From: the human T2T-CHM13v2.0 reference genome, Homo sapiens
Assembly (NCBI RefSeq): GCF_009914755.1
Contig: NC_060941.1
Strand: one strand, 5' to 3'
Length of the DNA: 64,000 nucleotides
The position numbers and the translations under genes are program-made. The notes beneath the pieces were generated by a model. The model was not told the origin of the DNA. It did not search any database and saw only the letters and a list, made by a program, of their open reading frames with translations. This document shows, one piece after another, positions 41,906-61,887 of the stretch; positions within the stretch are counted from its first letter, which is position 1; every line of letters starts with the position of its first letter.

Positions 41906-41942
41906 ATGCAAATCACTCAGAGCTCCTTTCTAACCCCGCCCC
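41906..41942. promoter_or_regulatory. Distal sequence element: octamer ATGCAAAT (41906-41913) plus GC box CCCCGCCCC
   Basis: Perfect Oct-1 octamer at -218 to -225 from the U3-like +1 (canonical DSE distance), with an adjacent Sp1-type GC box. Confidence 0.85.
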
Positions 41943-42161
41943 ATTTTCCTCCACGCGTAACGCTGACGACTATAAAGCGCGCCGGAGCGCCAGAAACCGT
42001 CAGGGAAACTGCCCGGTTTGGACTGATGATCGGAAGCAAGAAGGCCCTTCGAGAATAACCAAAGAGTGAAGGGAAAGCGATAATTCAAAGCCAAAGATTG
42101 TGATATTTGCATAGCGCGCCCTATTATATTTTATACTGTGATCAAAATTCCACACACTTAA

Positions 42162-42395
<234 letters not shown>

Positions 42396-42439
42396 TAGCT
42401 TCCCATTTGTTAAGGTACAGACAAAACTCTACATACTTA

Positions 42440-42862
42440 TGTGAGAAAATACTTTAAATGGTCCATTTTCAAGGCATAATAAATCTAAGTACTGGCAGCC
42501 GGCCTGCAAACGTAACCGCACAGCTCACGCACCTAGGTCACGATAAGCGAACAGAATGTAGAGGAGGGGTCAGCCCATAAAAGGGAAGAAAGTTTCTTTA
42601 CTGGGAATCGAAAATTAAAGCAGGGAAGGGGAGAAGGTATATAACCTTATAAGGGGGATAATGAAACTTAGGCGACATCCGGAAAGATTGTAACCTCATA
42701 GTACTCGACCAATGAGGAACTGGGGGAGGGACTTGGATGCTAGGAGATAAATTATACCAGACACCCAATCTTGCAAGACCCCTATTAAAAGTCTCACTTC
42801 CGCTGTTCTTCGTGCCTCTAAGCCCATTCTTTGGGTTTGGAAAGGTAAGTGTATTTCTCGCA
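42440..42862 (+). mobile_element. Solo ERV LTR (class I/ERV1-like; subfamily not determined) inserted in an L2 fragment
   Basis: TG...CA termini with inverted ends TGTGAGAAA/TTTCTCGCA, 4-bp TSD CTTA (42436-42439, 42863-42866), ATTAAA poly(A) signal near 42784. Confidence 0.8.
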
Positions 42863-43713
42863 CTTAAAAGGCCCTGTATGGTCTGGCCCCTCTCTCGAGT
42901 CCATCTCTCAAGTCTCATTCTCCCTCACTCCAGCCACACTCTGGCCTTACAGTTCCTCATACTCGCCATGCTCCTTTCTGCCACAGGGCCTTTGGACAGG
43001 CTGTTCTCCCTGACAGGGATTCTCCTCTCAACCTCTAATCCCAACTTATCTTCATCATTCAGACATTGGTCCAAATGTCATTGTCTCAGGAAATATTTCC
43101 CTGACCTCCTTTAGCAGATCAAACACCTCTTCTATGTGATCATTTGATTAATGCCTGCCACCTGCATGAGACTTTAAGTTTCAGACTACATGAATGGCTT
43201 TGGGTACCCACAATATCCCAAGCACCTAATAATGAATAAATCCAAGTAAAGATGTCCAGTGAACAGAACTGCAGAAGATAAAGGACATTAACAATGGCCA
43301 ATTGTAAGCCATAGGGGAAAATAAGTCAAACATACTACCCAAACAGCAGAGGGTTAAAGCTGGAACCCTGAGGCCCACTACCATCTTGAGGTAAGCTAGG
43401 GCTGGGGATGGTGGCTCACGGCTGTAATCCCAGCACTTTGGGAGGCTGGGCAGATCACTTGAGGTCAGGAGTTTGAGACCAGCCTGGCCAATGTGGACAA
43501 ACCCCATCTCTACTATAAAAACACAAAAATTAGCCGGGGGCCGGGCGCAGTGGCTCACGCCTGTAATCCCAGCACTTTGAGAGGCCAAGGCAGGTGAATC
43601 ACAAGGTCAGGAGCTCGAGACCTGCCTGGCCAACATGGTGAAACCTCGTCTCTACTAAAAAGTACAAAAATTAGCTGGGCATGGTGGCACACGCCTGTAG
43701 TCCCAGCTACTCA

Positions 43714-43896
<183 letters not shown>

Positions 43897-44063
43897 TCAC
43901 AGTGACAAGGAAGGTTAAAAGTTTCAAAAAGAAGGATCAGTCAACAGTATCAAAGCCTGAGACATCTAGTAAGAAGAAATTGGGCTGGGTGTGGGGGCTC
44001 ACGCCTGTAATCCCAGCACTTTGGGAAGCTGAGGTGGGTGGATCACTTGAGGCCAAGAGTTCA

Positions 44064-44267
<204 letters not shown>

Positions 44268-44589
44268 TTAAAAAACAAAGAAAGAAAGAAAAAGAAACAG
44301 TGTTCATGGTGAGAGCAGTACTAGAGGGGTTCACATGTCTTACTGCTCAGGGCTTGCTGTGTTACAAATATTTGTGGTATGTCTATGTCCTCTACCAGAC
44401 TGTCTCTCCTACACTAGAAGGTAGGAACTGCCCAATGTATCTCCCCTATCTTCAGTGCCTTGTTCACTTATCTGCCCAACACAAGCCAGCCTAAGAGTAG
44501 AGAAGAGCAGCAGAGAACAGTAAAAGGACAATTCTGCATGGATCTCTCAGAGTTACGCATGTCATGGGGGCAAGGCACTAACCTGTTCA

Positions 44590-44874
<285 letters not shown>

Positions 44875-44877
44875 TCA

Positions 44878-44982
<105 letters not shown>

Positions 44983-46445
44983 TCAAAAAAAAAAAAAGTT
45001 AAAAGGAAAAAATGCTGATATTCTGGCTACTGCTGTTGCTATGAGTAATAAACCATCATTCATCTATGACCCCAAGAATCTCATCCATACACATGTAGCA
45101 GTCTAATTTATCAAATCTCAAACTATTTATAGTTATTGACAAGAAGAAATTACAGTCAAGGGAAGCAGGCTGACAAGAAATTATAGTTATTGACAAGAAG
45201 AAATTACAGTCAAGGGAAGCCCCTCCCAGGGCTCAGGAGGCAAAAAATTAAATCAACCAAGGCCTCCAAGGGCTTCTCTCTTTTTTTTTTTTTTTTTTTG
45301 AGACAGAGTCTCACTCCGTAGCCCATGCTGGAGTACAGTGGCATGATCTTGGCCCACTGCATCCTCTGCCTCCCAGGTTCAAGTGATTCTCCGGCCTCAG
45401 CCTCCTGAGTAGCTGCAATTACAGGCACGCACAACCATGCCCAGCTAATTTTTGTATTGTTAATAGATACAGGGTTTCACCATGTTGGCCAGGCTGGTCT
45501 CAAACTCCTGACCTCAAGTGATCCACCTGCCTCGGCCTCCAAAAGTGCTGGGATTACAGGCATGAGCCACTGCGCCCAGCCCACCAAGGGCTTCTCTTTT
45601 TTTTTGAGACAGAGTCTCTGTCGCCTAGGCTGGAGTGCAGTGGTGCGATCTTGGCTCACCACAACCTCCAGCCTCACCATAACCTCCAGCGGGTTCAAGC
45701 GATTCTCCTGCCTCAGCCTCCCCAGTAGCTGGGATCACAGGCAGCCGCCACTACGCCTGGCTAATTTTTGTATTTTTAGTAGAGACAGGTTTCACCATGT
45801 TGCCCAGGCTGGTCTTGAACTCCCGACCTCAGGTGATCCACCCACCTCAGCCTCCCAAAGTGTTAGGATTACAGGCGTGAGCCACCGCGTCCCAAGGGCT
45901 TCTCTAAGGATCAGAAACCACTTAGGGGAAGGCACAGAGCAACAAATCTTGAGGGGATACAGGTGGCAGGAAAGAAAAATAGGTGAAAACCTCTGTCCCT
46001 ACAACTTAAGCAAACATGACCTTTGGAGACTTCCTAATAAAAAATAACATTTATTCATTCAACAAATAATTATTTTAGGCCAGCATTGTACCCATGTTGT
46101 GGCTGCTATAAAGGTAACTAAAAACAGTCCCACAAGAAGTGACCAGAGGCAGCTATGACATGGTACAAAGACTGGCCGAAAAGGTTAAAAGACCTGGATT
46201 CAAATGTTGACATCCTAATACCACCCTCATAAGCCCAGGGCCTCCAGATGGGTCAGTCACCTAACCTGTGAGCCTCCTAGGAGGTAATATCTGATATTAA
46301 CAATAATGTGTGCCAGGCACTATTCTTTTAATTCACTTAATCCTCACAACTGTACAAGAAGAAGAAACTATTATTATCACTGTTTTGTAGATGAAGAAAT
46401 GGAGAGAGATCAATTTGCCAGAGGTCACAAACCAGTCTGGTTCTA

Positions 46446-47926
<1,481 letters not shown>

Positions 47927-48224
47927 TGATCTCGAACTCCTGACCTCATGATCCACCTGCCTCAGCCTCCCAGAAGTGCTGGGATTACAGGTGTGAGCCA
48001 CTGCGCCTGGCCTGTAAAGATATATTACAAGGTATTTTATCAAAGCATTGTTTCTGATGATTAAAAACTGCAAAAATAGGCTGGACGTGGTATCTCATAC
48101 TTATAATCCCAGCACTTTGGGAGGCCAACCCGGGACACTTGCTTGAGCCCAGTAGTTCAAGACCAGTCTGCGCAACACAGCGAGACCTTGTCTCTACTAC
48201 AATAAATTAAAAAAAAAAAATTTA

Positions 48225-49270
<1,046 letters not shown>

Positions 49271-49676
49271 GGCCGGGCGCGGTGGCTCACGCCTGTAATT
49301 GCAGCACTTTGGGAGGCCAAGGCGGGAGGATCACCTGAGGTCAGGAGTTCAAGACTAGCCTGACCAACATAGAGAAACCACGTCTCTACTAAAAATACAA
49401 AATTAGCCGGGCGTGGTGGCACATACCTGTAATCCCAGCTACTTGGGAGGCTGAGGCAGGAGAATCGCTTGAACCCGGGAGGCGGATGTTGCCGTGAGCC
49501 CCTCATAAGACAGTATGAGCTAGGCTCCACGGTTCTGGTAAAGGTGCCTGGTCCCAGACAGTTTAAGGAAAGGGTGGGCCTTTGACTCTGCTAGAATCAG
49601 GCTGGATCCGGTAATTGATTAATCTCAGCAGTTGCTCACAACTATCCTAAGGGTTTGACTTTCGAACGCTAGGGTC

Positions 49677-49690
49677 AGGTCACCATGACC
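49677..49690. promoter_or_regulatory. Consensus palindromic estrogen response element
   Basis: AGGTCA-CCA-TGACC = GGTCAnnnTGACC in non-Alu sequence; extra GGGTCA half-site immediately 5'; function not shown by sequence alone. Confidence 0.6.
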
Positions 49691-49771
49691 GTGGCAGGAA
49701 AGGGAACAGGGTGACTGAGACCCAGCATTTAAGAAAAAGAACTCTGGTTCTTATGCCACATGTTTGCACTA

Positions 49772-50179
<408 letters not shown>

Positions 50180-50461
50180 CTACTATTTACTGAGGTCTTG
50201 CCATGTTCCCAGCGTCACATGAGATAAGTACTATTAGTAATCATCCCAGCTTTATAGATGGATAAACTGACACACAGAAAGATTAGGTAACTTGCCTAAG
50301 GTCACACAGTTTTGAAACAGAGCTGGTAGGTCAGGTGCCAGAGCTTATTATCTTAACCACTATCCAGTTTTTCTACGTGCTAAGCACTATTTCTAAGAAT
50401 TGGGCATATAGCAACAGAATAAAGTAAATAAAGGCTCCTACTCACATGCAGAGCTTACCTT

Positions 50462-50464
<3 letters not shown>

Positions 50465-50512
<48 letters not shown>
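50465..50512. repeat. Compound (GT)n(GA)n microsatellite
   Basis: Seen directly. Confidence 0.95.
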
Positions 50513-50611
50513 ATGATAAATAATGAGGCATGTAGAGAATTATAACATTGTTGAAACAGAGAGACGTGGTGGCTATTTATTTACTTATTTATTGAGACGG
50601 TCTTGCTCTGA

Positions 50612-50956
<345 letters not shown>

Positions 50957-51284
50957 TGATTAAAAAGTAGCCAATCAGGTGGCTGAGAGCGGTAGCTCAC
51001 GCCTATAATCCTAGCACTTTGGGAGGCCGAGGCTGGAGGATCACCTGAGGTGGGGAGTTTGAGATCAGCCTGACCAATATGGAGAAACCCCGTCTCTACT
51101 AAAAATACAAAATTAGCTGGGCGTGGTGGCACATGCCTGTAATCCCAGCTACTCGGGAGGCTGAGGCAGGAGAATCACTTGAATCTGGGAGGAGGAGGTT
51201 GCGATGAGCCAAGATTGGCCACTGCACTCCAGCCTGGGCAACAAGACTCTTAAAACAAAACAAAACAAAACAAAAAAAAAGTAG

Positions 51285-51596
<312 letters not shown>

Positions 51597-52257
51597 TGAT
51601 CTGCCTGCCTCGGCCTCCTCCCAAAGTGCTGGGATTACAGGCGTAAGCCACTGCGCCCAGCCAAGTGATAGATGTTTTAATCCATTATCTCATTTAATCC
51701 TTTAAACAACTGAAGGAGAATAGTTGATTATTTCTCCTTTCATAGATGCTGGGTATAGCATCTGTCACACTGCTGAAGGAACCACAGTTGGAACCTAAGC
51801 CTGTCTGGCACTAAATCAAGTCCCTGTTCTTTCTGGTAAGCCGAAGGGGTCTTCTTCAGAAGTCTAGTCTCCAATCAATTCATTTCTCTAATGAAGCATT
51901 AAATACATCATCTCTCAAAGTTCAGTCTGAATGACTCATCTTCCTGGCTTCTAAATCCCTGAGGAAGCCTACCCATTTACTTCTAGGAAAAGTTAGCACC
52001 AATTTCACCTCAATTAACACATCTCAGATATGATGATGTGCAATTGTTTTAGTCACTTAACTTCCTGCTGTAAATTTCCTACCAGGAAGCACAGGGTCAC
52101 ATGGACATTCACATGGCACAGTGTTCTAATCAACCACACTTTTAATTGCATTATAGCAGCATCACAAATGTGACCATCAGGTTGTAAAGATGCTTAGCAG
52201 TCAGTCTTATTCAACCGCCTCTCCTAATAGAATCTCCTCACAGACAGCTCTCTTTAG

Positions 52258-52656
<399 letters not shown>

Positions 52657-53563
52657 TGAGCAGTTTCTCCAACTTCACATGGGTGTGACTATCACTCCAG
52701 TACATTCTCACTTAGTTCATGTCACCTCTTCTTGAAGCCTTCCTTGACCTCCATAAATAACACTGACCACTATGAGTTTTGTGTCCCTAATCATCCTTGT
52801 ATGGGCCTCTACATAGCTCACTCTGTTCCAAATACATTTACTTCCCCTTACTAAACTGTGAGCTCTTTAAAAGCAGAAACATGTCTTATTTATCTCTGTA
52901 TCTCCAGCACATTGCCTGGCACAGTAGATGCCCAGTAAATGCTGACTAACTGAATGAATGATGAATTCATGAATGTATTGTTCCTTCCCTCAAGCCCTGC
53001 TACTGACCTGTTGGGAACAACCTGGTTTTCCCTTCCTTCTTATTCTACTCCTCCCCCAATAAAGCTGGCCTGTATGTTAAGACAGTGAGGTACCTGTCAG
53101 CAGGGTTCCTGGTCTTTTCTTGCCTATCCTTGGTTTCAAAATATGTCTGTGCAGTCAGATCACTCCTCTGAGCTTCTGGCTCAGATATCCAGCTTCTACT
53201 TGACATTGCATTTAGGTGAATCACAGATATCTCAAATACAGCCTACCCAAGCTGACTTAGATCAGCTTCCTCCCAAACGTATTTCTCTTTTAGGGAATAA
53301 TATCACTTTCAACCACGTTGCTCAAAACAAAAACCTAGCTTATAGCTGCAGTGGCATGTGAGTCTGTCCTCCCATCTATGGGAGGACTATGGGGCAACAT
53401 AGTGAGACCCTGTCTCAAAAATGAAAAAAAAAAGTAACCTAGGGCTGGGCACAGTGGCTTACAACTGTAATCCCAGCACTTTGGGAGGCCGAGGCAGGCA
53501 GATCCCCTGAGGTCAGGAGTTTGAGACCAGCCTGGCCAAACTGGTGAAACCCCATTTCTACTA

Positions 53564-53689
<126 letters not shown>

Positions 53690-53728
53690 TCACTCCACCA
53701 GCCTGGGCAACAGAGCAAGACTCTGTCT

Positions 53729-53762
<34 letters not shown>

Positions 53763-54096
53763 AGCCTAAGTCATCTTACTGTTTTCTCTGTTTTCTCCCC
53801 CGCCCCCCCCAAATACCTCATAGCCTCCTGCAGCCAGAGCAGCCATTTGAAAATGCAAATCTATTCACACCTGTGTTACATGACGGAGGTAGGTTACCAA
53901 AAAGACCAAGCTATGATAGAGGTTTGGGCCCTTTAATACCTTACCCTACCATTAACCTCTAGGGAGAGGAGAGGGGCTGGAGACTGAGTTTAATCACCAA
54001 TGACCAATGATTTAATCAATCATGCCTACATAATGAGACCTCCATAAAAATCCATAAATAGGGTTTGGAGAGCTTCTGGGATGGTGAACACACTGA

Positions 54097-54422
<326 letters not shown>

Positions 54423-54776
54423 TGACCTCAAGTGATCCACCCACCTCGGCCTCTCAAAGTGCTGGGATTATAGGTGTAAGCCACCGCACCTGGCTTTTTT
54501 TTTTTTTTTTTTTTTTTTTTCTGACGGAGTTTCGCTCTTTTGCCCAGGCTAGAGTGGCAAGATCTCGGCTCACTGCAACCTCCGCCCCCCCTGGTTCAAG
54601 CGATTCTCCTGCCTCAGCCTCCCAAGTAGTTGGGATTATGGGATTATAGGCGCCCGCCACCACGCCTGGCTAATGTTTGAATTTTTAGTAGAGACAGGGT
54701 TTCACCATGTTGGCCAGGCTGGTCTCGAACTCCTGACCTCAGGTGATCCACCCACCTCGGCCTCCCAAAGTGCTAG

Positions 54777-55022
<246 letters not shown>

Positions 55023-55200
55023 TAGTAGAGACGAGATTTCACCATGTTGACCAAGATGTTCTCCAACTCCTGACCTCAAGTGATCCACCCACCTTGACCT
55101 CCCAAACTGCTGGGATTACAGGCGTGAGCCACCATGCCCAGCCTATATTAGTCTTTACAACAAAATTATAAAATTATATTGTAGGATTCATAACTCATAG

Positions 55201-55434
<234 letters not shown>

Positions 55435-55632
55435 TGATCTCCTGACCTCGTGATCCGCCCGCCTCAGCCTCCCAAAGTGCTGGGATTACAGGCATGAGCC
55501 ACCCGCCCGGCCTATGGCTTCTATAATATAAAGGATAAGAGAAGGGGAGAAATGAACCTATAAGGTTGCATCTTTTATGTGAAGTGGTACATCATTAACT
55601 GTAAGTAAACTGTTAGAAGTTAAAGATATAGA

Positions 55633-55983
55633 CAGTCATCCCTCGGTACCCATGGGGAACTGGTTTCAGGACCCTCCCATACCAGTAAAATCCAAAGATG
55701 CTCAAGTCCCTTATATAAAATAACATAGTATTTGCATATAATCTATCTATGTATCTATCCACCTACCTACCCATCTAATCTTCCTGTATATTTTAAATCA
55801 TCTCTAGATTATTTATAATATCTAGTACAATGTAAATACTATGTTAATAGTTGTTAGTCTTCATTTTTGTTTGTATTTTTTATTGTAGTGTTATTTTTTA
55901 ATTGTTTCCTTTTTCCTAATATTTTTGATACTTGGTTGGTTGAATCCACAAATGTGGAACCCACAGATAAGCAGTGTCAACTG
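55633..55983 (+). mobile_element. MER2 (Tigger/mariner-type) DNA transposon fossil within an old L1 fragment
   Basis: CAGTCATCCCTCGGTA...GGTTTCAGGACCC...GGAACCCACAGATA...CAACTG terminal inverted repeats. Confidence 0.75.
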
Positions 55984-56722
55984 TATTGAAATAACTAGAG
56001 CAACCACTGAAAAAACAATGTAAAGAGGTATAGCTTAAAAGCCAATCGCTATTATAAGTTAAAATGGAATTCTAAAACATATTTCATTAACACAAAAGAA
56101 GGCAGGAAAGAGAAGAAACGAAAAACAGAGGGTAAAACACAAAACAATATAAAATGGGAGTTTTTACATCGAACCAAAATCCTTCCAATAGCCCACAAGG
56201 CTCTGACTGGTCCAGCCCAGGCCTCCCTTGCCAGTTTCATCTCACATCTCTCTCCACCCCACTGGTTTTCCCGTCAACTCATGTCAACCAGACCCTTTTC
56301 TTTTCTAGCTCCTCTCCATCCTCAGAGCACAACTCCTGCCTCATCAACTCCTTTTCTTTTTCTTTTCATTTTTTTCAGAGATGGAATCTCACTATGTTGC
56401 CCAGGTTGGACTCCTGGGGTCAAGTGATTCTCCCACCTCAGTCTGCAAGTAGCTAGGACTACAGGTGTGTGCCATGGCACCCGGCTTGGTCAACTCCTCT
56501 TCTTCCTTGAGGTCCTGGCCTAAGCAACACTTCTTCTGAGAAGTTTCTCTTGATTACCCCATAGACAAGGAGGCTCAGATGAATCTTGTGTGCTGACTTC
56601 ACTTCCTGCCCTTCTCAGTACACTTCAGCTCCCAACTTATGTCTGTTTCTTCTGTTAGATTATGGTCCCAAAGGGCACAGTCATAATCTGTAACAATCGG
56701 TTTTCTGAATGAGCTAAACTGA

Positions 56723-57074
<352 letters not shown>

Positions 57075-57224
57075 TGACAGAAAAAATGGATTCTGCAGCC
57101 CAGCGCGGTGGCTCACTCCTGTAATCCCTGTAATCCCAGCACTTTGGGAGGCCGAGGTGGGCAGATCACAAGGTCAGGAGATCGAGACCATGCTGGCTAA
57201 CACGGTGAAACCCCATCTCTACTA

Positions 57225-57803
<579 letters not shown>

Positions 57804-58619
57804 TAGGCCTCCCAAAGTGCTGGGATTACACGCGTGAGCCACCGTACCCAGGCCGATTCCAATTTCTTCCCTCCTCCGCACTGCAGGATGCAGCAATGCT
57901 CTGTTAATTCTCCTCCTTGCTTCTCCACTCTTCCTCTGATCTCAACGCTGTTTGTGGCAACTCCAGAGCTGAGGCAAGGGGGAGAACCAATAAGACAAAA
58001 AGAGGCAATGGCCTTCATACTCAGCTGATGCCCCGTGTAGCTTCTGGCTTTATCCTAAAGCCTGTCCTTTTGTGGAAGGTGCTAGTGGGTCCTTCAAGTG
58101 CCTCCACCACACTGTGCAGAACCCCACACAGGCCAGTGCTCTCTTCTGCTGACTTCTTGCCCACCACTCAGCTCCCTCCCTCTAAAGCCCTACCTGCAGC
58201 CTCTCTGGTTGGGATCCTTTCTTCCTTCACAGGTAGAATCCCCTTAGATGGCTCAGCTACCCACTGTGGAGTCTACTTGTGCAAGTGTGACTAATTACTG
58301 CTAGCCTCCTATGCTCACCAACTGGTGCAAGTGTGACTAATTACTGTTAGCCTCCTATGCTCACCCACCCATCAAGGACTGCTCCAAGTAGGAGACAGAT
58401 AGCAGTCTTCTTGCCTCCTCAACTCCAGGGAACACTGCAGCTTCTTGGTGTGTCACTCTGGTGGCAGCTTGGGGTAGGCTGACATATTTCAACTGTACAG
58501 CAGGCTGGGACTCAGGTCTCATCTCTCTTGCCTGCAAGCACCACAGTTCTCTCTGAGGTTTGCCTGAAGGGCCTCTTGTCTTGAGACTGGCAAGGATGGG
58601 GAAAGCCACAGCCTTCTAA

Positions 58620-58913
<294 letters not shown>

Positions 58914-58916
58914 TGA

Positions 58917-59269
<353 letters not shown>

Positions 59270-59546
59270 TAAATGATATCCTAACAAGCCCTCTATTAGA
59301 CTGTGGGAGAATTTATCGCCCCTTATTCTGCACTCTGAGGCTTCAGATAGAATTCCCAGACACAGATGAAGTCCTGTTCTATATCCAGGTACACATGTTA
59401 ACCCCATCCCTTACTCTAACTGAATATCAAGCATTTGAAGATGCAGAATATTCAGGAGATGTCTAGGAGATAATAAATGTCATAATACTCTGATGTTCAC
59501 TAAAAAAAAGTGATGTTCAATATAGGTATGCTATGACTTCTAGTGA

Positions 59547-60087
<541 letters not shown>

Positions 60088-61638
60088 TAGTAGAGACGGG
60101 GTTTCACCATGTTGGCCAGGCAGGTCTCGAATCCTGACCTCAGATGATCCACCCTCCTTGGCCTCCCAAAGTGCTGGGATTACAGGTGTGAGTCACCATG
60201 CCTGGCCCAAGAAGCAGAGTTTTACAACGTTTTATTTTAAAACATATGTGGATATGTTATGGAGTAAAATGCAAAATTTTGAGGGGAAAAAAAAACCCAG
60301 GACCTTTCACATAAATGATTGAGCTCAGTGTGAGCTACTTCACCTATGGACCCTAGGGGTAGTACATGGAAAGGTTTGATAACTTATTTTTTTGCTGTTG
60401 AGATGGGATCTCACCTCAGCCTCCTGGTGTGGTGGACTATAGGCATGCGCTACCATGCGTGTAGTGCCAACTAGTGATTTCTTTATTTTTTATTTTTTGT
60501 AGAGACAGGGTCTCACAGTGTTGCCCAGGCTGGTCTCAGACTGGTCTTGAACTCCTGGCTTCAAGCAATTCTCTTGCCTCAGCCTCCCAAAGTGCTCGGT
60601 TTACAGATAGGTGGGATCCACTGTGCCAGCCATGAGAACTTTATGAGAGAACTATTCAGTGGGATAGGTGGAAAATTGGGGTTACCTTTCTGGACGTCTT
60701 CAGGAATGCTATTGAAGCAAGTGGAGAAAAACCAGGTCACCCTGACTATTCCACAAATCAGCAAAGAAAAGTTTCAGAAGCCTCCCCTTCAATACTAAGA
60801 AAAGAGACAGGGGATCAAGCAGGACCTCTGCTTACACTGAAAATAGCAGGTCTGGGTTCACTCCTGTAATCCTAGCACTTTGAGAGGCTGAGGTGGGCAG
60901 ATCACTTGAGCCCAGAAGTTCTAGACCAGCCTGAGCAACATGGCGAAAGCATCTCTACAAAAAACAAACAAAAAACACATAAATTAGCCAGGCATGGTGG
61001 CTTACGCCTATAGTCCCAGTTATTTGGGAAGCTGAGGCAGGAGAATCACCTGAGCCCGTGGAGGTTGAGGCTGCAGTGAGCTGTGATCATGCTACTGCAC
61101 TGCATTTGGCAACAGAGTGAGACTCTGTCTCCAAAAGAAAAAGAAAAAAAACAGGAGCCAAACACCAGAAAAGGTTGTTTGTATATGGGTTTTTGTTTGT
61201 TGGTTCTTTGGTTTGTTTTCTCAGACCAAATTCACATGACATGTTTGTTGGTTCTTTTGAAGACTGCTTCAGCCATTGAGCCATGTCTGCCTGTATCCTT
61301 CAGCTAGAAAACCCCAGAAAAAAGGCACCAAGTGGAAATAAGGAGCAAGGAAGGGGACAGCTGTGAACACTGGCCTCCTTAGTCAACCACGGGTGTCAGA
61401 GAACTTAATGGATGGAGCAGATTTCAAGGAAAGAAATCAGGCAGAATCAAAGGTGGGTGACTTCAGAGAAACCATAGGAGCCTAGCAGTAGCAGTTGGAT
61501 GCGCTTGTGGTTCCCCAACACAAAACAAAACAAAACAAAACATCCTCAAAATGAGGATTTAACACCTCTCTTGACTGCACTGCTAGAGAACATCTAATTT
61601 CTACATTTAATTTCTGGATTTCCCCAAGGACTCATTCA

Positions 61639-61887
<249 letters not shown>

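Noticed and set aside
42433-42439. ATACTTA at the LTR insertion site as the start of a destroyed divergent U1 gene
   Set aside because: Sequence on both sides of the LTR reads as L2; no U1 body and no convincing PSE
52094-52107. Imperfect ERE GGGTCAcatGGACA
   Set aside because: Two mismatches in the second half-site; expected by chance
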